A DNA stretch of 64,000 nt from Nannocystis pusilla (GCF_049337375.1 NZ_JBMPIV010000001.1); one strand, 5' to 3'. Positions 1 through 11,243 are shown, counted from the first letter of the stretch. Notes: generated by a model not told the origin, from the letters alone. Made by a program: numbers and translations.

Positions 1-198
1 CGGGTCCGACTGGGGGAAGAACGCCGGCGCGAAGTACAGCGCGGCGAAGGCGTAGACGTAGAAGTCGAACCACTCGACCAGGTTGCCGGACGACGCCGCC
101 ATGATGGCGAAGATGCGGTGTCGTCGATCCGCGGCGATGTCCTGCGGCGGCGGCGAGGCGGCCGGGGGGCCTCCGGAGGTCGACGTGACTGCGTTCAT
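1..198 (-). CDS. MFS transporter of the KgtP/ProP metabolite:H+ symporter family, N-terminal part only; the gene continues past the window start
   Basis: The reverse translation gives ...[38 protein letters not shown], which closely matches the KgtP/ProP N-terminus ([16 protein letters not shown]...). The start is ATG at 198, with an alternative at 102. Confidence 0.55.
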   Translation of the reverse strand, partial: MNAVTSTSGGPPAASPPPQDIAADRRHRIFAIMAASSGNLVEWFDFYVYAFAALYFAPAFFPQSDP

Positions 199-494
199 GG
201 TGCTCGGGCGCGCGACGCTGCGGCCGCTCAGGGTGCCACAGCCGACAGCGCGCGAACCATAGACAGGTCACATCACAATGCACGTCGCGGGCAGCGCCGC
301 GGTCGGCGAGCTCGACCGAAGCGAGCGAGCGCGTCGCGCCGACCACCGGGTCGCGCAACGGCGCCGCGCTCGCGGCCCACCCAATGTCCGCGCCGCGCGA
401 CCGCGTCCGCTCTCAAGGCCGGCCGCTCGTCACCGGGGCGCGGCACGTCGAGGCGACGCACCCGGCGGGCGGCCCGCGCCGCCGCGATCCGACC

Positions 495-1502
495 TCAGAT
501 CGACGCGTCGATCTTGGTCCAGAACAGCGCGTCCGTGTAGGTCGTCATGCTCGTGGAGCTCGAGCAGATCGGCAGGGTCTGGCCGCCGCACACCACCTGC
601 GGCGCCGTGAAGGTGGCGTTGCGCGGCGTGTTGATGCAGCGGACCCCGGACTTGGACCACACCGCCTCGGTCGGATCGTCCGCGCGCAGGAAGGTGTTGA
701 TCTTGTACTTGTCCTGGATCTGCAGGTGGGTGCCGGTCTGCGTGAACGAGGTGCCGTCGAAGCAGTAGTCGGCGCGGACCATGCGGGTGGCCACCTCGAA
801 CTCGTCGATCGGCCGCTCCCACGGCTTGTAGCCCCACTGCACCGCCTTGCCGACCGCGCCCGAGGTACACGCGAGGTAGAGCGTGTTGCTGCGCTTGCCC
901 ATCCGCCCGGTGACCTCGTTCACGGTGAGGTCCTTGATCGGCACCATCGTGTGGACGCCGTCGGTGTCGGCGTCGCACACCGGGACGACGTTGCCCAGCT
1001 CGTCGACGGTCTCGAAGGTGTAGTGGGCCTCCTTCGGCGAGATCTGCTGGAACGAGGCGATCCGCAGCTCGACGTCCACTTCGGGCTCGTCGTCGGCGTC
1101 GTGGTCGCCGTCGCCGTCGGTGTCGGCGTTGAAGAGCGTGAGCTCCCAGCGCGAGCCGACCAGGTCGGCGCCCCGGTAGATCGTGGTCCCGACCTTCGCC
1201 TCGAGCGTGCCGTCCTTGACCGAGCCGCTGGTGACGTTCACCCACACGTTGCCGGGGCGCAGCAGCTTGGCGCCCGTGAATTGCGCCCCCTTGTGGACCA
1301 CGCCCGAGAGGTCGAGCTCGGAGAAGGCGGTCGAGCCGATCGAGCTGGTGTTCAGCCACACGCCGCCCGCGGGGCCGCTGCCCGGGCGCAGCGCAACCTC
1401 GCCGAGGTCCTCATCGGCGGCGTCGTACTGGTCCATATCGTCACAGGCAGTGACACAGGCGACGCTCAGGATCACGAAGGGAACAAGGTTGCGGATGTTC
1501 AT
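495..1502 (-). CDS. Hypothetical secreted lipoprotein
   Basis: 335 aa ORF. The N-terminus MNIRNLVPFVILSVACVTAC is a signal peptide with a lipobox Cys, and the composition is coding-like. Confidence 0.55.
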   Translation of the reverse strand: MNIRNLVPFVILSVACVTACDDMDQYDAADEDLGEVALRPGSGPAGGVWLNTSSIGSTAFSELDLSGVVHKGAQFTGAKLLRPGNVWVNVTSGSVKDGTLEAKVGTTIYRGADLVGSRWELTLFNADTDGDGDHDADDEPEVDVELRIASFQQISPKEAHYTFETVDELGNVVPVCDADTDGVHTMVPIKDLTVNEVTGRMGKRSNTLYLACTSGAVGKAVQWGYKPWERPIDEFEVATRMVRADYCFDGTSFTQTGTHLQIQDKYKINTFLRADDPTEAVWSKSGVRCINTPRNATFTAPQVVCGGQTLPICSSSTSMTTYTDALFWTKIDASI

Positions 1503-1834
1503 GGCGGCTCTCAGCTCCGGCTCGTGGCTTGTGCATGTGGCGTCCCTGAAGCTCGGCCAGCGAAAATCGGTGGTCCGACGACTCTTTTTTCTAAACTGTT
1601 TAAACGTACATTCTTTAGATGGTTTAACGAGATGTGGTACTTTATTTTCAAGACTATTTTCGGTTTAGCTACTGAAAGTTAGGTTATTTAAAACATTTTT
1701 TAGCCAGCGCGAGAACGCGCCGAAATATTACCGCATTGCCCGCCGACAAAACGGGGAGGCGAACGGAAAGAGGTTCCTGGCGAACCTTCCCACGTCCTCT
1801 ATCCTCGGGACGCGCCCACCGGCGCCTGCCCTCC
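1503..1834. promoter_or_regulatory. AT-rich divergent promoter region between the lipoprotein gene and the kinase gene
   Basis: Positions 1560-1740 are about 70% AT (ttttttctaaactgtttaaacgtacattctttagatggtttaacgag...) in a roughly 70% GC background, lying between divergently oriented genes. Confidence 0.4.
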
Positions 1835-4800
1835 ATGGCGACGCCGAAGACCGCACTCGACCAAACCGTCATCGCGCCTCCGGCCACTCAGGTCGCGCCA
1901 CCTCGGCCGCCCGGGTCCTCCGAACTCGCCGACCTCGTCGTCACGCAGCGCGCCGAGCCGCCGGTCCGCGATCAACCCGCGCGCCCCATCACCGGCCCGA
2001 TCCCCTCGCTGCTGGCCCACATCGGTCGCTTCACCATCCTGGAGCGGCTCGGCGAGGGCGCGATGGGCATCGTCTACGCCGCGTACGACGACCGGCTCGA
2101 TCGCAAGGTCGCCGTCAAGATCCTGCGCAACGACTCGAGCCAGCGCGAGCCGCAGGCGCGCGAACGCCTGCTGCGCGAGGCCCAGGCGATGGCCCGCGTC
2201 TCGCATCCCAACATCGTCGCGGTCCACGAGGTCGGCTACCACGACGGCGAGGTGTTCATCGCCATGGAGTTCGTGCGCGGGCAGAACCTCGCCAACTGGT
2301 TGAAGGCGGCCCGGCCCTGGCGCGCGCGCGTCGAGACGCTGCTGCAGGCCGGTCGTGGCCTCGCGGTGGCTCACGCCGCCGGCCTGGTCCACCGCGACTT
2401 CAAGCCGGCCAACGTGATCGTCGGTAGCGACGGCGTGGTCAAGGTCCTCGACTTCGGCCTCGCTCGCTCCGTCGACCGCGAGGTCGAAGAGGAGCCGCCG
2501 CCGGCGCTGCACACCACCCTGACGAGCTCGCTCGACAACCACCTCACGCACACCGGCGCGGTCGTCGGAACCCCGGCGTACATGGCCCCCGAGCAGCTCC
2601 TCGGCCAGCCTGCGACCGAGAAGAGCGACCAGTTCAGCTTCTGCGTCAGCCTCTACGAGGCGCTCTACGATGTCTCGCCGTTCGACACCAGCAGCCTCCT
2701 CGCGCTGACCGACACCGTGACGCGCGGGGCCATCCGCGAGCCGCCCTCGGGCAGCCACGTGCCCGCGGCGCTGCTGCAGATCGTCACCCGCGGCCTCGCG
2801 GTCGATCCGAAGCGCCGGTTCCCGTCGATGCCCGCTCTGCTGGCGGCGCTCGAGCGCACGCTCGAGCGGCGGAGCGTCCCGTGGATCGCGACCCTCGGCC
2901 TCGCCGGCCTGCTCACCGCCGCCGGCGTCACCGCGGCCGCGTACTACCCGGCGAGCGACGCCTGCGAGGGCGCCGACGACGAGCTCGCCGGGCTGTGGGA
3001 CGGGCCCGCCGCTGCGGCCGCGCGCGCGGGCTTGCTGGCCACCGGCGTGCCGTACGCCGAGGACACCTGGACGCGCGTGAAGGCTCGCCTCGACACCTAC
3101 GCGGGCGAGCTCGTCGGCATGCGCGTCGACGCCTGTCGCGCCCACCAGCAGGGCCGCGCCTCGACGCATTTGTTCGACCTGCGGACCGCCTGCCTCGACC
3201 AGCGGCACAAGAGCCTGGCCGCGTTCGTGGCGATCCTCCAGCGCGCCGACGCCGAGGTGGTCGGCAACGCCGGCGCGGCGGCGGCGAACCTGCCGGCGCT
3301 GGTCGGCTGCGACGACACGCGCGCCCTCACCGAGGCCGTCCCGCCGCCCGACGATCCCGCCAGCGCCGCGCGCGTCGCCGGCCTGCGCGGCGTGCTGGCC
3401 GAGGCCCAGGCGCACGAGCTCGCGGGCCAGTTCACCCAGGGCCTCGCGCTGGTCGACGGCATCGAGCTCGGCGACCTCGCCTATCCGCCGCTGGTGGCCG
3501 AGATCGGCCTGCGCCGCGGCAGCCTGCTCAGCGAGGCCGGGCGCCACACCGAGGCCCTCGACCTGCTCACCGGTGCCTTGCAGACCGCGCTCGCCAGCGG
3601 CCACGACGTCGTCGCCGCCGCGCTCGCCACCCGCCGCGACTTCGTCCGCGCCGCCCGCCTGCAGCAGAGCCGCGAGGTGCTGAGCGACGCGCCGCTGATC
3701 GACGGCCTCGTCGCGCGCGTCGAGACGACCCGCGAGGGCCGCGAGCTGCGCGGCGACCACCTCAACAACATCGGCATCGCCTACGCGGTGCTCGGCCAGA
3801 TCCAGCGGGCGAGCGAGTACTTCGTCGCCTCGATCGACGCGCGCCGGGCGGTCCTCGGCGAGGACCACCCGCAGGTCGTCTACGCGCTCGGCAACCTCGG
3901 CCTGGCCCTGGTCGGCAGCGACAACGCCCTCGAGGGCGTCCGCCAGCTGCGCGCGGCCTTCACCGCCGCCGAGTCGAGCCTCGGGCCCAAGCACCCGCAC
4001 GTCGCCCTGCTGGCGATCAACCTCGGCATCGGCTTCACCGGGCTGCACCGCTTCCGCGAGGCCGCCGGCTACTTCCAGCGCGCCCTGGCCCTGCAGAGCG
4101 AGCTGCTCGGGCCCGACGCCCCGGACCTGCACTGGGTGCTGTCGGGCATCGGCGATCTGGCGGTGGACCAGCGCCGCTGCGACGACGCGGACGCCAGCTA
4201 CCGCCGCGCGTTGCAGGTGCTGGGCGCGAGCGAGACCTCGCTCGACCCCGCGGCCCTGATGCCCGTGCTCGGCCTCGGCAAGGCGGCCACCTGCCGGGGC
4301 GACCTCGCCGCCGCCGAGCGCCACTTCCGGCACGCGCACCTGCTGGCCGAGCAGAGCTTCGGCGCCGACGCGCTGCGCAGCGCCGACGTCGACGACCAGC
4401 ACGGGGACATGCTGCTGCGCGCCGGCGACCCCGAGGGCGCGCTGGCGCAGTACCAGCGCGCCCTCGAGATCCGCAAGGCCCGCATGCGGCCCGACGTCCC
4501 GCTGCTGGCCGACTCGCTGCGCCGGATCGCCGAGGCCCACCGGGTCGCCGGGCGCCTCGAGGAGGCGGCCAGCTACCTGCAACAGGCCCAGGGCCTGCGC
4601 GAGCGCGACCCCAAGGTCGAGAGCAGCGAGGCCGCCTTCATCCGCCTCCGCCTCGGCGACCTCGCCCTCGCGCGGAGCGACCCGAGGACGGCCATCGGCC
4701 ACTACGAGCGCGCCATCGCCATCTATTCGGCGGTGAGCGACAGCGACATCCTCGAGCTCGCGTTGGCCCGCTTCGGCCTCGCCCGCGCCCGCGCCGCGGT

Positions 4801-4930
4801 GTCCGGCGCGCTCGCCCCGGAGGGCCGCGCCCTGGTCGACCAGGCCCTGCTCACCCTGGAGAGCCTCGGCCCCGCCTACCTGCCCGAGCAGGCGACGGTG
4901 CGCGTCTGGCTGGCCGGCCACCCGAAGTAG
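1835..4930 (+). CDS. Hanks-type Ser/Thr protein kinase with a C-terminal TPR-repeat domain
   Basis: Kinase motifs are present: GEGAMGIVY, HRDFKPANVIV, DFGLAR and GTPAYMAPE. The C-terminal roughly 600 aa are TPR-like. The start was moved from 1736 to ATG 1835 because codons before 1835 are rare and have low GC3. Confidence 0.85.
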   Translation: MATPKTALDQTVIAPPATQVAPPRPPGSSELADLVVTQRAEPPVRDQPARPITGPIPSLLAHIGRFTILERLGEGAMGIVYAAYDDRLDRKVAVKILRNDSSQREPQARERLLREAQAMARVSHPNIVAVHEVGYHDGEVFIAMEFVRGQNLANWLKAARPWRARVETLLQAGRGLAVAHAAGLVHRDFKPANVIVGSDGVVKVLDFGLARSVDREVEEEPPPALHTTLTSSLDNHLTHTGAVVGTPAYMAPEQLLGQPATEKSDQFSFCVSLYEALYDVSPFDTSSLLALTDTVTRGAIREPPSGSHVPAALLQIVTRGLAVDPKRRFPSMPALLAALERTLERRSVPWIATLGLAGLLTAAGVTAAAYYPASDACEGADDELAGLWDGPAAAAARAGLLATGVPYAEDTWTRVKARLDTYAGELVGMRVDACRAHQQGRASTHLFDLRTACLDQRHKSLAAFVAILQRADAEVVGNAGAAAANLPALVGCDDTRALTEAVPPPDDPASAARVAGLRGVLAEAQAHELAGQFTQGLALVDGIELGDLAYPPLVAEIGLRRGSLLSEAGRHTEALDLLTGALQTALASGHDVVAAALATRRDFVRAARLQQSREVLSDAPLIDGLVARVETTREGRELRGDHLNNIGIAYAVLGQIQRASEYFVASIDARRAVLGEDHPQVVYALGNLGLALVGSDNALEGVRQLRAAFTAAESSLGPKHPHVALLAINLGIGFTGLHRFREAAGYFQRALALQSELLGPDAPDLHWVLSGIGDLAVDQRRCDDADASYRRALQVLGASETSLDPAALMPVLGLGKAATCRGDLAAAERHFRHAHLLAEQSFGADALRSADVDDQHGDMLLRAGDPEGALAQYQRALEIRKARMRPDVPLLADSLRRIAEAHRVAGRLEEAASYLQQAQGLRERDPKVESSEAAFIRLRLGDLALARSDPRTAIGHYERAIAIYSAVSDSDILELALARFGLARARAAVSGALAPEGRALVDQALLTLESLGPAYLPEQATVRVWLAGHPK

Positions 4931-4936
4931 CGATCT

Positions 4937-5018
4937 GGGGCATGTCGCTGCGGACATGCCCTTTTTCGCATGCTCGAAGGGACATGCCCGCAAGGGCATG
5001 TCCCGAAGCGCATGTAGA
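4937..5018. repeat. Cluster of 5-6 CATG-centred palindromic repeats (GGRCATGYCC), including a perfect 11+5+11 hairpin GGGACATGCCCgcaaGGGCATGTCCC
   Basis: Read directly: ggggcatgtcg, cggacatgccc, gggacatgcccgcaagggcatgtccc, gcgcatgtag. The cluster sits between convergent genes. Confidence 0.8.
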
Positions 5019-5087
5019 TCGTGGATGCGTCCCCGGCGGGCCTCGTCGAGGCGCCGCCGGGGACGTTCGCGCGCGAGAGCCGCTGGC

Positions 5088-7187
5088 TCAACCCGGCTGG
5101 ATCGAGCAGTAGCCGGCGATGCAGGTGCCTTCGCCCTCGCAGCAGGCGGCGTCGACCTCGCAGGAGTCGCCGATGTGCGAGCAGGTGTCGGGCTTGTCGG
5201 AGCACACGGCCGGGTCGCCGTAGCAGAAGCCGTCGCAGCAGTCGAAGCCGGCGTTACAGCCCTCGCCGAGCTGCTTGCACGGCGACAGCGCCCACTCGCC
5301 GCGCATGTTCGAGTTGTTCAGCTCCTGGCCGGGCAGCCAGAAGGCCGGGTGGCTCGGGTCGGTGCCGGGGGTGATGTTGCCGTCGATGGCGGTCACCCAC
5401 AGCTGCTTGCGCCGGGTGTTGGGGTTCGTGTCGGTGAGCGTGTTGCCGTACTTGCGCTCGGAGCCGATGATGAGCCACGAGTAGCCGCCGACCGAGACGG
5501 GCAGGAAGGTCGGCTCGTAGGTGGTCTGGTCCTGGCCCGGCTCGACGATGCCGAAGCCGTTGGCCTTGTCGAGGCGCACCACCGCGGAGCCGTCGAGGGA
5601 GGTCAGCCAGACCTCGGTGACCGCGGCGCGGGTGCGGGCCTGGTTGAGGCGGTTGAAGGCGATCCACTGCGAGTCGGGCGAGAAGGTCGGGAACGTCGTG
5701 GTCGTGAGCCCGGGGATCTTGTCGACGATCTGGTGGGCGTTGGCGAACGAGTTGGTCATCAGGTCGATGTCGACCAGCCACAGCTCGCTGTTGTTGAAGT
5801 CGAGCCAGTTGCCGTCGGTCTTGCGCGCGAACGCCAGCTTGGTCCCGTCGCTCGACCACACCGGGTGCTGCGGCTTGCCGCCGGGCACCGTGAGCTGCGC
5901 GAGCACGGTCGAGCTGTCGAAGGTGGTCAGCTTGAGCGCGCCGCTCTCGTCGGACTGGCCCCACACCACGTGCGAGCCGTTGGGGGCGATCGCCTGGAAG
6001 CCGGAGGCGATGTCGGGGAAGTACAGGACGTTGCCGGACGCGGCGTCGATGGTGCTCCACGGGCTGTAGCCGCCGTGGAAGCTGGCGGCGATCCGCGAGC
6101 CGTCCTTCGACACGCTGTGACAGGCGACGCACGTGACGCCCGGCGGCTTCTGCACGAACGGCTCGGGCGCGGTGGCGCCGATGTTGAGGCGCACGACGTT
6201 GCCGTTGTTGACCTCCCAGTAATAGACGGTGCCGGTCAGGTTGGCCGGGGCGATCGTCCACGTCTGGGTCTTGGCGAGGTAGGCCTTCTGACCGTCGAAG
6301 CGGGCGATGTCGACCTTGACGTCGCCCTCGGTCGAGGCGGTCAGCTTGAGCCAGATGTCGGTCGGCAGCTTCGGGAAGTCGAAGCGCGACGGCGGCGGCA
6401 CGTTGTGCCAGCCCTTGTACTCGAAGAACTCGCTGTAGGCGTGGATGTAATAGAGGTCGTTGGCGCCGCCGCCGTCCCACTGAATGGTGGGACCGATGAG
6501 GCCGCGCGGGAACACGGTCTTGTCGTACGGGTAGAGCAGGACCATCGACGGGTCGGGGTCGACCGCCATCGGGAACAGGTCCTTGGTCTCCGGCGGGACC
6601 GGGTTCGGCTCGGCGTTGAACAGCAGCTTGACGGTGGCCGTGGTGGTGGCCGCGGGCAGCTCGCCGGCGCCCTCGAAGGTGACGGTGCCGACGCCGCCGG
6701 CGAAGCCGGTCGCGGTGAAGGTGCCCGAGAGATCGCCGATGCCGGCGAGGTCGAGCTTGTCGTACGACCAGGTGCCGGTGACGGGGATCTTGATGCCCTT
6801 GTCGGTGACGCCGACGGCGCTGTACTGGGTGCTCGGCGGGATCACGCCGTCGACGACGGTGATGATCGCGTCGAGCGGATCGATCTCGATCGACACGACC
6901 ATGCCGGGGTCTTCGCCCGTGGTCGCAGTGGTCGCCGGATCGACCGTGGTGCCGTTCGTGGTGCCCGTGACCGGTCCGTCGGTCGGGTCGCCCATCGTGC
7001 CGCTGCCGCTCGGATCGGTGCTCGTCGGCGTCGAGGTGTCGGTGGTGTCGCTGCCGTTGCCGGTGTTGCCGGTGCTCAGCGAGGTGGAGGCGGAGATGAC
7101 GGAGCTGTCGCTTTCGGCCGGACGATCGGGGTTGCCGCAGGCGAGCAGGCCGGCGGCCGAGAGGAGCGCCACAAAGTTCCAACGCAT
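5088..7187 (-). CDS. Large secreted lipoprotein with a Thr/Ser-rich linker, TolB-like PD40 repeats, one CxxCH motif and a C-terminal Cys-rich module
   Basis: The true start is MRWNFVALLSAAGLLACG, ATG at 7187. The upstream 570 aa of the listed 1272-aa ORF are antisense of other genes. Motifs: CVACH, SPDSQWIAF / SSDGTKLAF (PD40-like), and C-terminal CNAGFDCCDGFCYGD...CCEGEGTC. Confidence 0.65.
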   Translation of the reverse strand: MRWNFVALLSAAGLLACGNPDRPAESDSSVISASTSLSTGNTGNGSDTTDTSTPTSTDPSGSGTMGDPTDGPVTGTTNGTTVDPATTATTGEDPGMVVSIEIDPLDAIITVVDGVIPPSTQYSAVGVTDKGIKIPVTGTWSYDKLDLAGIGDLSGTFTATGFAGGVGTVTFEGAGELPAATTTATVKLLFNAEPNPVPPETKDLFPMAVDPDPSMVLLYPYDKTVFPRGLIGPTIQWDGGGANDLYYIHAYSEFFEYKGWHNVPPPSRFDFPKLPTDIWLKLTASTEGDVKVDIARFDGQKAYLAKTQTWTIAPANLTGTVYYWEVNNGNVVRLNIGATAPEPFVQKPPGVTCVACHSVSKDGSRIAASFHGGYSPWSTIDAASGNVLYFPDIASGFQAIAPNGSHVVWGQSDESGALKLTTFDSSTVLAQLTVPGGKPQHPVWSSDGTKLAFARKTDGNWLDFNNSELWLVDIDLMTNSFANAHQIVDKIPGLTTTTFPTFSPDSQWIAFNRLNQARTRAAVTEVWLTSLDGSAVVRLDKANGFGIVEPGQDQTTYEPTFLPVSVGGYSWLIIGSERKYGNTLTDTNPNTRRKQLWVTAIDGNITPGTDPSHPAFWLPGQELNNSNMRGEWALSPCKQLGEGCNAGFDCCDGFCYGDPAVCSDKPDTCSHIGDSCEVDAACCEGEGTCIAGYCSIQPG

Positions 7188-7300
7188 GCGGCGATTACAG
7201 CGAAGTTCGCCGGCCGCGGCTACACCGGAGATCCCCGGTGCGACGCGAGCCCACGCAAGGCCCCGGGGCCGGCGCCGTCTGCAGGCGCGCAGACGGCTGC

Positions 7301-8173
7301 TCAGGACTTCAGCGGCTCGCGCGGAGCGACGATGTCGCGCGCGAGGCCGACGAGCGCGAGGCCGCGGATCATGAGGTAGGTGACATCGAGCTCGAACCAC
7401 CGCCGGCCGTGGGCCGCGGCGCGCTGGTGGGCGTGGTGGTTGTTGTGCCAGCCCTCGCCGAAGGTCAAAAGGGCCACCCACCAATTGTTGCGCGAGTCGT
7501 CGCGGGTCTCGTAGTTGCGGTATCCCCACCGGTGCGCGGCGGAGTTGACGAGCCAGGTCGCGTGATACGTGAAGACCAGGCGCACCGGGATGCCCCACAC
7601 GACCCAGCTCCAGCCCTGGCCGAGCCACGCCTCGCCGACGACGTAGAGCAGGACGGCCAGCACGAACTGCGGGATGTAGTGCCAGCGGTCGAACCACCGC
7701 ATCACCGGGTCGCGCAGGAGGTCGCGGGCGAACCCGCGCTCGGCGTCCTCGTCGGCGCGCATGAAGACCCACAACATGTGGGCCCACAACAGGCCGCGCC
7801 GCGGCGAGTGCGGGTCGTGCTCCTGGTCGGACCAGCGGTGGTGCAGGCGATGCTTGCCGACCCACAGCACCGGGCTGCCCTGCCAGCTCAAGGTGCCGAG
7901 CAGGACGATGACGTACGTCAAAAGGCGCGGGACCGCGAAGCTGCGGTGACACAACAGTCGGTGATACCCGAGGCAGATGCCGACGCCGCCGGCGAGCCAC
8001 CAGAGCGCGGCCGCGACGCCGAGGCCGCTCCACGAGAAGGTGAAGGGGGCCGCGACGCAGGCCAAGTGCATCAGCCCGGCGCCGATCACGTGACTCCACA
8101 TGAGTCCGCCGACTTCGGGCGAGCTGGTGGCCGGCGGAAGGACGGTATCTTCGACTTCGACTGCCGTGGACAA
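7301..8173 (-). CDS. Membrane fatty-acid (acyl-CoA/acyl-lipid) desaturase
   Basis: Three His boxes are present (HRLLCH, HRLHH, HNNHH) with hydrophobic segments, in a 290 aa protein. Confidence 0.85.
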   Translation of the reverse strand: MSTAVEVEDTVLPPATSSPEVGGLMWSHVIGAGLMHLACVAAPFTFSWSGLGVAAALWWLAGGVGICLGYHRLLCHRSFAVPRLLTYVIVLLGTLSWQGSPVLWVGKHRLHHRWSDQEHDPHSPRRGLLWAHMLWVFMRADEDAERGFARDLLRDPVMRWFDRWHYIPQFVLAVLLYVVGEAWLGQGWSWVVWGIPVRLVFTYHATWLVNSAAHRWGYRNYETRDDSRNNWWVALLTFGEGWHNNHHAHQRAAAHGRRWFELDVTYLMIRGLALVGLARDIVAPREPLKS

Positions 8174-8361
8174 GGCCTCCAGAGGCTACCAGCGGTGAGC
8201 GCAGGTCACAGCGGCCGGCCCGGGAGCGACGGTGCGCGTCGACGCACGTCGCCTCCTCCGCCCCTGCACCGAGGCCCGGGCTCGGCAGTGATGAGAGACC
8301 TCCGCCGGTCCCGCCGCCGATCGGGCCAGGTGGGCCGCGCCGGCGGGTTATTCTGCCGTCC

Positions 8362-9558
<1,197 letters not shown>

Positions 9559-9562
9559 GCCG

Positions 9563-10204
9563 ATGACCGACGCGAAGCAGCGGGCGGCCCGGGCGGCGCT
9601 GGAGCACGTGCCCGAAGGGGCCGTGATCGGGGTGGGCACCGGCTCGACCGTGGCCCACTTCATCGACGCGCTCGACCCGGCGCGCGTCGCTGGCGCGGTG
9701 GCCAGCTCGGAGCAGACGGCGGCGCGCCTGCGGGCCCGCGGGATCGCGGTGCTCGACCTCAACACCACCGGGCCGCTGCCGCTCTACGTCGACGGCGCCG
9801 ACGCCTGCGACCCGCAGCGCCGCCTGGTCAAGGGGGGAGGGGCGGCGCTGACGCGCGAGAAGATCGTGGCGGCGGCGGCGGAGCGGTTCGTGTGCATCAT
9901 CGATCCGGGCAAGCGGGTGCCGCGGCTCGGCGGCGTCCCGCTGCCGGTCGAGGTCATCCCGATGGCGCGCGAGCTGGTGGCCCGCACGATCGCGGCGATG
10001 ACCGGCGGCACCCCCGTGTGGCGCGAGGGCGTGGTCACCGACAACGGCGGCTGGATCGTCGACGTCCACGGCCTCGTGCTCGACGAGCCCGAGGCGCTCG
10101 AGGCGGCGCTGAATCAGGTCGCCGGGGTCGTCAGCGTCGGCCTGTTCGCCCGCCGGCCGGCCGACCTCGTGATCGTCGGCGACGATCCGCCGTGGTCGTG
10201 GTGA
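9563..10204 (+). CDS. rpiA: Ribose-5-phosphate isomerase A
   Basis: [27 protein letters not shown] matches the RpiA signature (VGVGTGSTAAHFIDAL). The protein is 213 aa. Confidence 0.85.
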   Translation: MTDAKQRAARAALEHVPEGAVIGVGTGSTVAHFIDALDPARVAGAVASSEQTAARLRARGIAVLDLNTTGPLPLYVDGADACDPQRRLVKGGGAALTREKIVAAAAERFVCIIDPGKRVPRLGGVPLPVEVIPMARELVARTIAAMTGGTPVWREGVVTDNGGWIVDVHGLVLDEPEALEAALNQVAGVVSVGLFARRPADLVIVGDDPPWSW

Positions 10205-10212
10205 AGTCCGAA

Positions 10213-10252
10213 TGGACATGTTCTCGAGGACATGCTCCATGCGGCATGTCCT
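10213..10252. repeat. GGRCATGYCC palindromic repeat cluster, 3 copies
   Basis: Read directly: tggacatgttc, aggacatgctcc, cggcatgtcct. The cluster sits between the convergent rpiA and a lipoprotein gene. Confidence 0.75.
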
Positions 10253-10262
10253 ACGGGCCACG

Positions 10263-11195
10263 TCACTCGGGGTTGGCCTTGAGCCAGCGCTCGTAGGCCT
10301 TGAGGTCGACCTCGCAGACCTTGGCGTACTCGGCGGCGACCGTCTTGCGCTCGTAGGCGCGGTCGCTGGCGGCGCGGTTCTGCTGCTCGCGCAGGGCGTC
10401 GAGGGCCTCGAGCACGTTGCGGAAGTAGACCCACCGCTTGGGCTGCTCGGCCGTCGGCGTCGGGGTGCCGCCGCAGTAGCGGGCGAGCCAGCCGTGGGCC
10501 TCCTCGACCTTGCCCTGCTCGCGCAGGGCCGTGGGCATGGCCGGCAGGCAGCTCTGCAGCATCAGCGACACGCGGTCGGGGCCGCGGGCCTGCTCGGCGA
10601 AGCAGCGCTCGCTGAAGCGGGCGTGGTCGCCGGCGAGGAAGGCGTCGCGCACGTAGGTGTCGCGCTCGAACTCGGAGCGCGACGGCTGGGCGCGGTCGCA
10701 GGCGTACATGTCGACGAAGATCTTCTGCGGGCCTTCGGGACATGGCACTTCGTACAGGTCGATGACGTGGCCGTCCTTGTTGGCGCCGACGTTGCCGCGG
10801 CGGGCCTTCATGCCGCTGGGGATGTCGCCGTCGAACGGGCGGGTGCCGTCCTCGCACTCGGCGTCGGCGACGGCGACGTAGGAGCCGGTGGTGCCGCAGG
10901 CCAGGAGCGGGCGGTCCTTGGCGGAGCCGGGCGGCCCGAGCGGCGCGCCGCTCTCGGGGGCGCGCACGTCGCCGATCCGCTCGCGCTCGCCGGTGCGACC
11001 GGGCCGCGGGCCCCCCGGGTTGGCGAAGGCGCCCGACGAGGTGGTGGCCGGATCGAGCGGCGAGGCGTCCGCCCCGGCGATCGGGGTGCCGAAGGCGCCG
11101 GACTCGGTCGCCGCGGGGGCCTTGGCCCGGCCCGACGTGGCGGTCTTGCAGGCGGGCAGGCAAGCGAGGGCGAGGAGCAGGAGCGGAAGGCGCAT
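10263..11195 (-). CDS. Hypothetical lipoprotein
   Basis: The N-terminus MRLPLLLLALACLPACKTA is a signal peptide with lipobox, in a 310 aa protein. Confidence 0.55.
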   Translation of the reverse strand: MRLPLLLLALACLPACKTATSGRAKAPAATESGAFGTPIAGADASPLDPATTSSGAFANPGGPRPGRTGERERIGDVRAPESGAPLGPPGSAKDRPLLACGTTGSYVAVADAECEDGTRPFDGDIPSGMKARRGNVGANKDGHVIDLYEVPCPEGPQKIFVDMYACDRAQPSRSEFERDTYVRDAFLAGDHARFSERCFAEQARGPDRVSLMLQSCLPAMPTALREQGKVEEAHGWLARYCGGTPTPTAEQPKRWVYFRNVLEALDALREQQNRAASDRAYERKTVAAEYAKVCEVDLKAYERWLKANPE

Positions 11196-11243
11196 GCGCG
11201 AGTCAACGTAGCACGGGGCTCGCCGCCCACGCTCGTGATGCCG

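Noticed and set aside
1736-1834. Upstream start MPADKTG... for the kinase
   Set aside because: Codons 1736-1834 are rich in rare A/T-ending codons (aaa, aga, cta, cga, agg), unlike the strongly GC3-biased codons after ATG 1835.
1799-4999. 1066-aa minus-strand ORF antisense to the kinase gene; similar long antisense ORFs occur at 5254-7182, 30142-35673 (+), 30215-33613 (-), 19139-20698 (-), 21789-23441 (-), 24589-26364 (+) and elsewhere
   Set aside because: These are Arg/Ala/Gly-rich, low-complexity translations typical of the antisense frame in roughly 70% GC DNA. They have no recognisable motifs, whereas the opposite strand carries clear domain signatures.
4979-5005. Resemblance of GGGCATGTCC to the eukaryotic p53 response-element half-site RRRCWWGYYY
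   Set aside because: This is coincidental. The context is prokaryotic and the motif is far more simply explained as a bacterial palindromic repeat.
4941-5030. Short ORFs beginning 'MSLRTCPF', 'MSFETCPP', 'MSFKTCPERH', 'MDMFSRTCS', 'MNMSPRTCPQEH' at many intergenic sites, as a possible conserved small peptide family
   Set aside because: They are a direct consequence of translating the GACATGTCC palindrome (ATG TCC = M S; ACA TGT CC = T C P). There is no conservation beyond the motif itself.
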